NCBI GenBank assembly: GCA_902760765.1
Contig: CACWHO010000002.1
Coordinates: 1-28,870 of the forward strand
Direction: 5' to 3'
Origin: an uncultured Eubacteriales bacterium
GTDB lineage: Bacteria; Bacillota; Clostridia; TANB77; CAG-508
Length of the DNA: 28,870 nucleotides
Of this stretch, positions 17,608 through 26,407 are shown in pieces. How positions within the stretch are numbered: position 1 is the stretch's first letter; every line of letters begins with the position of its first letter. The position numbers were made by a program, and so were the translations under genes. The notes under the pieces were generated by a model that saw only the letters and a program-made list of their open reading frames with translations, had not been told where the DNA came from and ran no database searches.

Positions 17608-18834
17608 TTGAAGATGAAATTTTTTAAAAGAAATAAACAAGAAAATGCACAGGAAATCGCAAAGAAAGTAGCAAAAACATATAATACCAAAAAAGAAAAA
17701 GGAGAGGAAAATCCTATTGAGACAACAGCGGGTAATTTAGTAAAGATAATAAAAGAAAAAAATGACCTAACTGAAATAAAAAAGGTACTTAAGGCATCAG
17801 TGGATGAAAAAGAATTACCAAATGATGTTGTTACAGAAACAATGGCAAAAATATCTAAAATTGAAAGTATTCCAGATGCAGTTATTACAGATGTAGTTAA
17901 AGCCAAAAAAGATGATTTACCAGATAGTTCAATTAAAACAATAATTGAAAAAGGTGATGTAAATGAAGAAGAGAGAATAAAACTAATAGAAACAGTTGAA
18001 GATAAGAAAATAAATAAGAAATTAGTAAAAAACGAATTAATAAATTTATACTCAAAAACTGATGAGATAACAGATGTAGAAGTTGTTACATCACTTAAAA
18101 AAATAAAAGAACTTGAAAAGGAACAAGAAGATGACGAAATAAAAGAATTAGGACATAAAGTAGTAGCAAAGAAAATTGCAGAAAATTATTATAGTGAAAT
18201 AAAAAGAGGAACAATGTTGTATTCATTTTCACAATTTATTCCAATAAAAGAAATGTTAGAAATTGACTTACCAGAATTAGTTGAGAAAGAATATAACAAA
18301 TTGGAAGAAGAAAATGGAAAAAAGAAAAATAGGTTTTCAAAAAGAGATTTAAAAGACAAAATATTAGATGACCTAGCAAAAGAAGTTGCATTAAATTTTG
18401 ACAATACTGGCATTGTTTCAATACCAAGAAGTGAATCAATAACAAATTTAAGTCAGAAGGAAAAGCAAAGAGTATTAGAACAAATTAAAGTATATTCTAA
18501 ACATGGAGTTACTGTGCAGGATGCAAAAAGTATAAAAGCACAATTAATTGGTGAAGACTATGAAGAAGGAAAATTAAGTACGTTAATAATGCTTGAAGAT
18601 TCTAAGCTAATGGACCAATTATGCTTTTTACCTGAAGATAAGAGAAAGAAAGTAATTGAAATTTTAGGTGATACTTTAGAGAAAAAATTAGATGAAATGG
18701 ATGAAGAACAAGAAAAAGATGAATCAATGCAAGAAAATATAGAAAATACAAAAAATGATAAAGAACATAAAGATGATAATAACAATAATGGTAAAAATAA
18801 TGAAGAACAAGAGATAAAAAAGGCTGATAGATGA
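17608..18834 (+). CDS. Hypothetical soluble, highly charged, probably helical protein
   Basis: 408 aa ORF with own promoter and GGGAG RBS; E/K/D-rich, no membrane segment, acidic low-complexity tail. No family recognised. Confidence 0.75.
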   Translation: MKMKFFKRNKQENAQEIAKKVAKTYNTKKEKGEENPIETTAGNLVKIIKEKNDLTEIKKVLKASVDEKELPNDVVTETMAKISKIESIPDAVITDVVKAKKDDLPDSSIKTIIEKGDVNEEERIKLIETVEDKKINKKLVKNELINLYSKTDEITDVEVVTSLKKIKELEKEQEDDEIKELGHKVVAKKIAENYYSEIKRGTMLYSFSQFIPIKEMLEIDLPELVEKEYNKLEEENGKKKNRFSKRDLKDKILDDLAKEVALNFDNTGIVSIPRSESITNLSQKEKQRVLEQIKVYSKHGVTVQDAKSIKAQLIGEDYEEGKLSTLIMLEDSKLMDQLCFLPEDKRKKVIEILGDTLEKKLDEMDEEQEKDESMQENIENTKNDKEHKDDNNNNGKNNEEQEIKKADR

Positions 18835-18851
18835 TTCTATCATCTTTTTTT
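18829..18851 (+). terminator. Short terminator overlapping the stop codon of the 17608 gene
   Basis: AGATGAT-TCT-ATCATCT followed by a T run. Confidence 0.45.
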
Positions 18852-18864
18852 GCAGAAAATAAAA

Positions 18865-18893
18865 GAAGGATTTATGTAAAATTCGTCGAATAT
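18865..18893 (+). promoter_or_regulatory. Sigma-H promoter upstream of dnaG-rpoD
   Basis: GAAGGATTT, 11 nt, GTCGAATAT is an exact fit to the Bacillus subtilis sigma-H consensus RNAGGAWWW-N11/12-RNNGAATWW. Confidence 0.7.
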
Positions 18894-18932
18894 ATATAAT
18901 ATGTATGTTTATTTGGAGGAAAGTGAGGTAAA

Positions 18933-20717
18933 ATGCCAAGATATAGTGAAGAAATATTAAACGAGGTAAAACAATCAAATGATATAGTTGATGTTATTTC
19001 ACAATATGTGCATCTAAAAAGAAGTGGTAGAAACTATTTTGGACTTTGCCCATTTCACAGTGAAAAATCACCTTCTTTTTCGGTTTCACCAGATAAACAA
19101 ATATTTCATTGTTTTGGATGTGGCGTTGGAGGAAATGTAATATCATTTATTTCTAAAATTGAAGGGCTAAATTTTGTAGAGGCTGTTCAAATGTTAGCAG
19201 AAAGAGCAAATATTCAACTTCCAACAGATGAAAGCAATGTAGATATAAAAAAGGAAGAACTTAAGGCAAAAGTTTACAAAATAAATGAATTTACAGCAGA
19301 ATTTTATCATCAAAATTTATATAAACCAACAGCCAAACTTGGACAAGAATATGTAAAAAAAAGGAAACTTACTAATGAAACACTTAAAGCATTTAAAATT
19401 GGTTTCTCTGGCAAGTATAATGAGTTATACAAAGAATTAAAAAAGCAAGGATTTGGAGAAGAAGAAATATTAGAATCTGGTTTAGTAAATAAAAATGATA
19501 ATGGGCAATTTATAGACAGATATAGAAATAGGCTTATGTTTCCAATATGTGATTCAAGGGGAAAAGTTATAGCCTTCGGTGGAAGAGTTCTTGATGATTC
19601 AAAACCTAAATACATAAATTCTCCAGAAAATGTAGTTTATAGCAAAGGAAGACATTTATTTGGATTAAATGTTGCAAAAAAAGGAAATACAAAAAAATTA
19701 CTTATTGTTGAAGGATATATGGATGTAATTTCACTTCATCAAAGAGGAATTACAAATGTCGTTGCACCTCTTGGAACAGCACTTACAGAACAACAGGGGT
19801 GGCTACTTAGAAAAAATGCTGAACAAATAATTATAAGTTTTGATTCAGATGATGCAGGAATAAAGGCCAAAATTAGAGCAATTGATATTCTACAAAAAAT
19901 GGGTTGTGATTTAAGAGTTTTACAACTTGAAGGAGCAAAAGACCCAGATGAATATATTATAAAATATGGAAATATAAGATTCCAAGCAGCATTAGAAAAA
20001 GCAATGTCAGTTTTGGAATTTAAAGTAAAAGTACTAAAAAAAGATTTAAATTTAGAAAATACAAATGACAAAATCAAGTTCTTAAACGAAATCGCAAAGT
20101 TGATTTCTAAAGTTGATAACACAATGGAAAGAGAAGTATATATTGAAAAAATTGCAAATGAATATGATATTTCAAAAGAAGCAATATATGCGGAAGTAAA
20201 TAAATTAACATATAGAGAAAATGCAAAAAATGAAAAGAACCTAGAAAAACAAAAATCTGCTATTATTCATCAAAAGCAAGAACAAAAAGAAGTATCACCA
20301 GAGACAAAAAGAAGAGAAAATACAATTATTTCAATATTAATATCATGTGACCCTTCTGTTTTTGAAATAATAAAACAAAATATTAAGCCAGAAGATTTTC
20401 AATTTGAGATAAATAGAAAAATTCTTCAAAAATTGTATGAAGAACATGAAAAGGGAAATATTAATATAAATTCCATAATTGATAGCTTTAGCGAAGAAGA
20501 ACAAAACCAAATAACAATGATAATGGCACAAGATTATGAAATTAATGATTTAGAAAAAGCAATTGATGACTTAATACAAAGCTATAACAAAGAAAAAATG
20601 GACAAAAGAAAAAATGAAATTTTAAAATTGCTTGATGGGAAAGTAGACCAAAACCAGAAAAAAGAACTGGAAAAAGAACTAAGTAATATTATTATTACAT
20701 TAGCTAAATTAAAATAG
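18933..20717 (+). CDS. dnaG: DNA primase
   Basis: Zinc-binding [11 protein letters not shown]...[43 protein letters not shown]. Confidence 0.97.
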   Translation: MPRYSEEILNEVKQSNDIVDVISQYVHLKRSGRNYFGLCPFHSEKSPSFSVSPDKQIFHCFGCGVGGNVISFISKIEGLNFVEAVQMLAERANIQLPTDESNVDIKKEELKAKVYKINEFTAEFYHQNLYKPTAKLGQEYVKKRKLTNETLKAFKIGFSGKYNELYKELKKQGFGEEEILESGLVNKNDNGQFIDRYRNRLMFPICDSRGKVIAFGGRVLDDSKPKYINSPENVVYSKGRHLFGLNVAKKGNTKKLLIVEGYMDVISLHQRGITNVVAPLGTALTEQQGWLLRKNAEQIIISFDSDDAGIKAKIRAIDILQKMGCDLRVLQLEGAKDPDEYIIKYGNIRFQAALEKAMSVLEFKVKVLKKDLNLENTNDKIKFLNEIAKLISKVDNTMEREVYIEKIANEYDISKEAIYAEVNKLTYRENAKNEKNLEKQKSAIIHQKQEQKEVSPETKRRENTIISILISCDPSVFEIIKQNIKPEDFQFEINRKILQKLYEEHEKGNININSIIDSFSEEEQNQITMIMAQDYEINDLEKAIDDLIQSYNKEKMDKRKNEILKLLDGKVDQNQKKELEKELSNIIITLAKLK

Positions 20718-20728
20718 GAGTGAATATA

Positions 20729-22072
20729 ATGTCAAAGAAAAATGAAGAAATAAAAAATGAAGAAGAAAAAGAAGTAAAAATTGGAGAAACAGAGACAAAA
20801 AAAACAAAGGCTAAAGAAACAGTAAAAAAAGAAACAACTAAAAAAGAACAAGATATGAAAACAGACAAAAAAGAAGAAAATGTAGAAACAGCAAAAAAAA
20901 TAGCTAAAAAAGATGAAAACAAAAAAGAACAAGACAAGAAAGTAGATAAAAAAGAGGAAACAAAAAAAATAGAAAAAGAAGAAAATAGTGACAAAGAAAA
21001 AATAAAGAAAATAGCAAACGAAGTAAAAGAAAATGGAAATAATATAACATATGGAGAACTTGCAAAAAAATTAAATAGTATAGACCCAGAAAATATTGAT
21101 GATGTATTTGATGAATTTGAAAAAGACGGAGTAGATATTATTTCAGATGATTTTGATGAAGAACCAGATATTGACGATTTAAAAGAAGTTGAAGATTTAA
21201 AATTAGATGAAATAACAGATACAGATACAAACTTAGAAGGAATTAGTGTTGATGACCCTGTAAGAATGTACTTAAGAGAAATTGGTAAAATTCCTTTATT
21301 AACATTTGATGAAGAATTAGATTTAGCAAAAAGAATCTTAAAAGGCGATGAAGAAGCAAAACAAAAATTAGCTGAATCAAACTTGAGACTAGTTGTAAGT
21401 ATTGCAAAAAAATATGTAGGTAGAGGAATGCTTTTCCTAGATTTAATTCAAGAAGGAAACATGGGATTAATAAAAGCAGTTGAAAAATTTGATTATACAA
21501 AAGGATTTAAATTTAGTACTTATGCAACATGGTGGATTAGGCAGGCTATAACAAGAGCAATTGCAGACCAAGCTAGAACAATAAGAATTCCAGTGCACAT
21601 GGTAGAAACAATTAATAAATTAATAAGGACATCAAGAAACTTATTACAACAATTAGGAAGAGAACCAACGCAAGAAGAAATTGCAAAAGAAATGGAAATA
21701 CCAGTAGAAAAAGTTGCAGAAATTCAAAAAATTGCTCAGGACCCTGTATCTCTTGAAACACCAATTGGTGAAGAAGAAGATAGCCATTTAGGAGATTTTA
21801 TAAAGGATGAAGATAGCCCAGCACCACATGATGCAGCATCTTATACAATGCTAAAAGAACAATTAGAAGAAGTAATGAGTACATTAACACCAAGAGAAGC
21901 AAAAGTTCTTAAACTTAGATTTGGACTAGAAGATGGAAAATCAAGAACCCTTGAAGAAGTTGGAAAAGAATTTAATGTAACTCGTGAAAGAATTAGACAA
22001 ATAGAAGCAAAGGCACTTAGAAAATTGAGACATCCAAGTAGAAGTAAGAAATTAAAAGATTATATGTCATAA
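20729..22072 (+). CDS. rpoD: Primary sigma factor RpoD/SigA with a long K/E-rich N-terminal extension
   Basis: [74 protein letters not shown] 20729 follows AGGAG (ORF-track start 20720). Confidence 0.97.
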   Translation: MSKKNEEIKNEEEKEVKIGETETKKTKAKETVKKETTKKEQDMKTDKKEENVETAKKIAKKDENKKEQDKKVDKKEETKKIEKEENSDKEKIKKIANEVKENGNNITYGELAKKLNSIDPENIDDVFDEFEKDGVDIISDDFDEEPDIDDLKEVEDLKLDEITDTDTNLEGISVDDPVRMYLREIGKIPLLTFDEELDLAKRILKGDEEAKQKLAESNLRLVVSIAKKYVGRGMLFLDLIQEGNMGLIKAVEKFDYTKGFKFSTYATWWIRQAITRAIADQARTIRIPVHMVETINKLIRTSRNLLQQLGREPTQEEIAKEMEIPVEKVAEIQKIAQDPVSLETPIGEEEDSHLGDFIKDEDSPAPHDAASYTMLKEQLEEVMSTLTPREAKVLKLRFGLEDGKSRTLEEVGKEFNVTRERIRQIEAKALRKLRHPSRSKKLKDYMS

Positions 22073-22111
22073 TATATACAAAAGAAAATATAAACATGAA
22101 AGGATAAAAGA

Positions 22112-23185
22112 ATGGGAGCAATACAAAATTTAATAGATATGTTAAAAACACTTCAAAAAGAACAAATTTTAGATATTATATTTGCAATTTTGGTATATTT
22201 TTTATTTAGATTTGCAAGTAAAAATCTGGCATGTTTAACAATAAAAATTTTAAAACCAAAAATAAAGAAAAAGAGTGAAATAAAACAAACAGCATGGTAT
22301 AAGCCATTTGTAGCATTATATATCTTGCTAGGTGCATATATTGGAATAATGATTTTGAAAAAACCATTAAATATAAATCAAACTTTTATGCAATATGTAA
22401 ATAAAATTGTAAAAATTGTTTTAATACTTATTTTTGCAAATGGACTTTCAAATAATCTTACAATTACAAGCCAAATTGTAAACAAAATGAAAGATAAAAT
22501 GAGCCCAAATTTGGAAGACAATACATTTAAATTTGTCTTAAAAGTATTAAGAGTTATAATTTATATAATTGCAATATTCCTAATAGTATCTGAATTAGGA
22601 TATAATTTAAGTGGGCTTGCTGCAGGACTTGGAATTGGTGGTGTTGTATTAACACTTGCTGCTCAAGATTTAGCAAAAAATATTTTTGGTGGGCTTGCAA
22701 TAATTTTAGATAGGCCATTTCAAGTTGGAGATTGGATTGAATTCAATGAATTTCAAGGGATTGTAGAAGATATAACATTTAGAAGTACAAGAGTTAGAAC
22801 ATTTGAAAATTCTGTTGTAAATATACCAAATGCAAACCTTGCAAATGGTTCAATTATAAATTGGAGTAGAATGGAACAAAGAAGAAACAAAGTAAATTTA
22901 TGTATAAAGCTTGATACTCCAATGGAGAAATTACTAATAGTTCAAAAAAGAATAAAAGAAATGTTGATGCAACATGATGAAGTTATCGATGATACAATAA
23001 TTGTAAAATATGATGAAATAACAGACAATGGTATAAATTTAATGGTATATGGATACACAAACTCTGTTGACTATGCTAGTTTTTTAGGAGAAAAGGAAAA
23101 AATTAATCTTAAAATTTTACAAATTTTGAGAGAAGAAAATGTAGAACTTGCATATGATACAAAATCAATTGTTATAGAAAAATAA
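22112..23185 (+). CDS. mscS: Small-conductance mechanosensitive channel family protein
   Basis: Several membrane segments, GLAAGLGIGG...AAQDLAKNIFGG, RPFQVGDWI, ITFRSTRVRT, IPN. Confidence 0.93.
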   Translation: MGAIQNLIDMLKTLQKEQILDIIFAILVYFLFRFASKNLACLTIKILKPKIKKKSEIKQTAWYKPFVALYILLGAYIGIMILKKPLNINQTFMQYVNKIVKIVLILIFANGLSNNLTITSQIVNKMKDKMSPNLEDNTFKFVLKVLRVIIYIIAIFLIVSELGYNLSGLAAGLGIGGVVLTLAAQDLAKNIFGGLAIILDRPFQVGDWIEFNEFQGIVEDITFRSTRVRTFENSVVNIPNANLANGSIINWSRMEQRRNKVNLCIKLDTPMEKLLIVQKRIKEMLMQHDEVIDDTIIVKYDEITDNGINLMVYGYTNSVDYASFLGEKEKINLKILQILREENVELAYDTKSIVIEK

Positions 23186-23196
23186 TTACATAAAAT

Positions 23197-23235
23197 AAAA
23201 ATGGAAATTTAGACAAAATCTAAATTTCTATTTTT
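23197..23235 (+). terminator. Rho-independent terminator after mscS
   Basis: AAAAATGGAAATTTAGA-CAAAA-TCTAAATTTCTATTTTT stem (one G-U pair) with T tail. Confidence 0.8.
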
Positions 23236-23346
23236 ATAAACAGAAATTTCACACAAAGAACATATTAATAAACTATAATAACAAAATGTAAAAGTTATAG
23301 TTTTAAATAATAAAAATATGCAGCTTTAACATAAAGCTAGGAAGGA

Positions 23347-24030
23347 ATGAAAGCTATCATGGATGATTATATATTAGTGGTTGATGATGAAGAAAGAATG
23401 AGAAAACTTATAAAGGACTTTCTAAAAGCAAAAGGATATAATATTTTGGAAGCAGAAGATGGAGAAGAAGCTTTACAAATATTTTCAGAGAAACAATCTA
23501 AGATAGAATTAATTTTATTAGATGTAATGATGCCAAAACTTGATGGTTGGTCTGTATTAAGAGAAATACGAAAAGACTCAAATGTTCCAATAATAATGTT
23601 AACAGCAAGAGGAGAAGAAAGAGACGAATTATTTGGATTTGAATTGGGTGTTGACGAATATATATCAAAACCATTTAGCCCTAAAATACTTGTTGCAAGA
23701 GTTGAAGCTATTTTAAAAAGAACAAAAGCAAATGAAAATGAAGTTGTAAATATTGAAGGAATTGAAATTGATAAAGACGGTAGAACAGTATCTGTTGATG
23801 GCAAAAATATAGAGTTAAGCTTAAGAGAATATGAACTATTAGTTTATTTAATCGAAAATAAAAATATTGCACTTTCAAGAGATAAAATATTAAATAATGT
23901 ATGGAATTATGATTATTATGGAGATACAAGAACAATAGATAGTCATATAAAAAAAATAAGACATAAATTAGGGAAAAAAGGTAAATATATAAAAACTATT
24001 AGAGGAATTGGATATAAATTTGAAATTTAA
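23347..24030 (+). CDS. OmpR-family response regulator
   Basis: VVDDEERMRKL, LLDVMMP, GVDEYISKPF, RTIDSHIKKIR, RGIGYKF. True start may be ATG 23359. Confidence 0.93.
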   Translation: MKAIMDDYILVVDDEERMRKLIKDFLKAKGYNILEAEDGEEALQIFSEKQSKIELILLDVMMPKLDGWSVLREIRKDSNVPIIMLTARGEERDELFGFELGVDEYISKPFSPKILVARVEAILKRTKANENEVVNIEGIEIDKDGRTVSVDGKNIELSLREYELLVYLIENKNIALSRDKILNNVWNYDYYGDTRTIDSHIKKIRHKLGKKGKYIKTIRGIGYKFEI

Positions 24031-24045
24031 TAAGAGGTGTTTGAT

Positions 24046-25554
24046 TTGGAACAGAAAAAAGATGAAAAGGGAAATAAAAAATTTGTGTCTATAAAAATGA
24101 AGTTTTTTCTTGCAATAGGCTCAGCAATACTATTAATTATTATTTTTCTAATAATCGCAAATAACTTTGCATTGGAAAAATATTATTTATATAGCAAAGA
24201 GAAAACATTAAAGTCTGTATATTCTTCAATAAATGGATATTATAACAATTCAAAAAAAACTGAAAACATTGAAAATCAACTTGAAAAAATATCTATAAAT
24301 AATAATTTTGATATTTTAATAAAAGATAATAATGGGTTTAATGTTTATACAACCAACAATAATTTTATTACAGCAATGAATTCAATAAGTGACATTATGA
24401 GTGCATTTAGTACAAACACTTCAAAAGAAATTGAAAGTAATGATAGATTCTTAATAAGAAAACAAATAGACCAAAAAAATGGAATGTCTTATTTATTACT
24501 TTCAGGGACATTAGATAATGGGTATTTATTATATATTAGAATGCCAATTAATCCAATGAGAGACAGTGTAAAAATTTCAAACCACTTTTTATGGATGTTG
24601 GCAGGAATTTCAATTATAATAGCAGCAATACTAGCATTAGTAATTGCAAAAAAATTCACAAAACCAATATTAGAGCTAAATGACATTGCAAAGAAAATGT
24701 CAAATCTTGATTTTTCACAAAAATATATTCAAAAAGGACAAGATGATGAAATTACAACACTAGGAAATAGCATAAATGTTATGTCAGACAAATTGGAAAG
24801 AACAATTAACCAATTAAGAAATACAAATATTGAACTTGAAAAAGACATAGAAGAAAAATCAAAACTTGATGAAATGAGAACAAGCTTTATTTCTGATGTA
24901 TCACATGAATTAAAAACACCTATAGCATTAATCCAAGGATATAGTGAAGGGTTGATTGAAAATGTAAATACAGATGAAGAAAATAGAAAATATTATGCTG
25001 AAGTAATCCAAGATGAGTCAAATAAGATGGATAGATTAGTAAAACAATTACTAGAATTAATGAAACTTGAATATGGAAAAAGAGAATTTAATAATGTTAG
25101 ATTAAACATTGTTGAACTTGAAAAAGAAACTATTAGAAAATCAAAAATGATGATTGAAGAAAAAAATATAGAAATTCAATTTAATGAAAATGAAAAGTTC
25201 TATGTTTTAGCTGATGATTTTTACATAGACCAAGTTTTTACAAATTACTTAACAAATGCAATAAAAAATGCAAAACAGGTTGATGGTAAAAAAGTAATAA
25301 AAATAACAAATGAAAAGCACAATGACAAAGTAAGAATTACAGTATTTAATACAGGTGAACACATAAAAGAAGAAAATTTAAATAGAATCTGGAATAGATT
25401 TTATAAAGCAGATGAATCAAGAAATAGGCAAGATGGTGGAAGTGGAATAGGACTTTCTATTGTAAAGGCTATAATGAATAATTATAAAAACGATTATGGC
25501 GTAAAAAACGTTGAAGATGGTGTAGAATTCTACTTTGAATTAGATATGCAGTAA
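24046..25554 (+). CDS. Sensor histidine kinase (2 TM, HAMP, HisKA, HATPase)
   Basis: Two membrane segments, HAMP (KPILELNDIAKKM...DEITTLG), H-box SHELKTP, N-box NYLTNAIK, G-boxes RFYKADESR...GGSGIGLSIV. TTG 24046 follows GAGGTG (ORF-track start 24037). Confidence 0.95.
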   Translation: MEQKKDEKGNKKFVSIKMKFFLAIGSAILLIIIFLIIANNFALEKYYLYSKEKTLKSVYSSINGYYNNSKKTENIENQLEKISINNNFDILIKDNNGFNVYTTNNNFITAMNSISDIMSAFSTNTSKEIESNDRFLIRKQIDQKNGMSYLLLSGTLDNGYLLYIRMPINPMRDSVKISNHFLWMLAGISIIIAAILALVIAKKFTKPILELNDIAKKMSNLDFSQKYIQKGQDDEITTLGNSINVMSDKLERTINQLRNTNIELEKDIEEKSKLDEMRTSFISDVSHELKTPIALIQGYSEGLIENVNTDEENRKYYAEVIQDESNKMDRLVKQLLELMKLEYGKREFNNVRLNIVELEKETIRKSKMMIEEKNIEIQFNENEKFYVLADDFYIDQVFTNYLTNAIKNAKQVDGKKVIKITNEKHNDKVRITVFNTGEHIKEENLNRIWNRFYKADESRNRQDGGSGIGLSIVKAIMNNYKNDYGVKNVEDGVEFYFELDMQ

Positions 25555-25559
25555 ACTCG

Positions 25560-25624
25560 TATTTCAACATTTGTCGAGAATGGTCGAATATTGCGACGAA
25601 AAGTTCTTTACAAATGTTGAAATA
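25560..25624. repeat. 65-bp imperfect palindrome with 15-bp perfect outer arms
   Basis: TATTTCAACATTTGT (25560-25574) / ACAAATGTTGAAATA (25610-25624); inner pairings GAGAA/TTCTT and GTCG/CGAC. Confidence 0.85.
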
Positions 25625-25635
25625 TGTAGTATTAT
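25607..25635 (+). promoter_or_regulatory. Sigma-A promoter for the sortase-adhesin operon
   Basis: TTTACA (25607-25612), 17 nt, TATTAT (25630-25635). Confidence 0.55.
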
Positions 25636-25680
25636 ATAAATATAAATTATTTCAATACACGCAAGTGTTTTTAATCTTTA

Positions 25681-25700
25681 AAATTTTTTCGAAAAAATTT
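25681..25700. promoter_or_regulatory. Perfect 20-bp palindrome, operator candidate
   Basis: AAATTTTTTCGAAAAAATTT, between the predicted promoter and the sortase RBS. Confidence 0.4.
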
Positions 25701-25741
25701 ATCCAAAAACAATTTAAATTAAAGGTTGGTGAAGATTATGA

Positions 25742-26407
25742 ATGATTAGGTTTACCAATAGATATCTTAATATTGTTAGTCTCATTTTTACAATAATTAT
25801 ATTTTTAATTATAAATAAAACAAACCTTCTAAATTATAATAAAAGATTTGATTCACTCCTAAACTCAAAATTATTTAAAAGAAATTCATTTATTGTAGAA
25901 ACAAATTCAAACAATATTAATAAAGATACTGATGATAAACAAAACAATGTTACACAAGACAAAACAAATCAAACTACAAATGATAAAAGAAAAAATACAG
26001 ATGAAAAATCTGATAAAAACACATGGAAATTAAATATTCCAAAAATAGATTTAACAGCAGAAATAAAAGAGGGAACATCAAAAGAAATTATGGAAAATTA
26101 TATTGGACATTTTACAGAAACTTCTAAAACAACTGGAAACATTGGACTTGCTGCACATAATAGGGGATATACAAAAAATTATTTTTCTAGAATAAACGAA
26201 TTAAGAGAAGGTGATGAAATAAATTACGAGTATAAAGGATTTAAAAAAACGTATTTAGTATATAGAAATATAATTATAAATGATACAGATTGGAGCAATT
26301 TAGAAGAAAACAAAAAGAATATAATTACATTAATTACATGTGTAAAAAACGAACCATCATATAGAAGGTGTGTTCAAGCAATTGAAAAAGGAGGAGATAA
26401 TAATTAA
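25742..26407 (+). CDS. Class D sortase
   Basis: N-terminal membrane segment; LNIPKIDL, GNIGLAAHNRG (His), TLITC (Cys), YRR (Arg). Confidence 0.9.
   Translation: MIRFTNRYLNIVSLIFTIIIFLIINKTNLLNYNKRFDSLLNSKLFKRNSFIVETNSNNINKDTDDKQNNVTQDKTNQTTNDKRKNTDEKSDKNTWKLNIPKIDLTAEIKEGTSKEIMENYIGHFTETSKTTGNIGLAAHNRGYTKNYFSRINELREGDEINYEYKGFKKTYLVYRNIIINDTDWSNLEENKKNIITLITCVKNEPSYRRCVQAIEKGGDNN

Noticed and set aside
20704-20994. Phe/Ser-rich minus-strand ORFs (20704..20994, 20732..20932) that look like membrane peptides
   Set aside because: They are the reverse complement of the AAA/GAA-rich RpoD extension.
9162-23338. AAAGC-containing inverted repeats just before both response-regulator RBSs (9162-9177 and 23322-23338)
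   Set aside because: Short, AT-rich, arms in opposite order and with different spacers; probably chance.
25560-25624. Integron attC-like appearance of the palindrome (…CAAC / GTTG… just after a stop codon)
   Set aside because: Ends miss the RYYYAAC / GTTRRRY consensus by one base each, single copy, follows a core kinase gene, no integrase. Kept as an unexplained palindrome.
25649-25663. ATTTCAATACACGCA resembles one end of type I-C CRISPR repeats, and 25561-25597 starts ATTTCAA and ends TGCGAC
   Set aside because: Only partial, mutually dissimilar matches; no regularly spaced repeats and no cas genes.
25640-25740. Possible c-di-GMP riboswitch before the sortase-adhesin operon (ACAC-GCAA-GTGT GNRA hairpin)
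   Set aside because: Only a 4-bp stem; the conserved class I or II core sequences are not recognisable.
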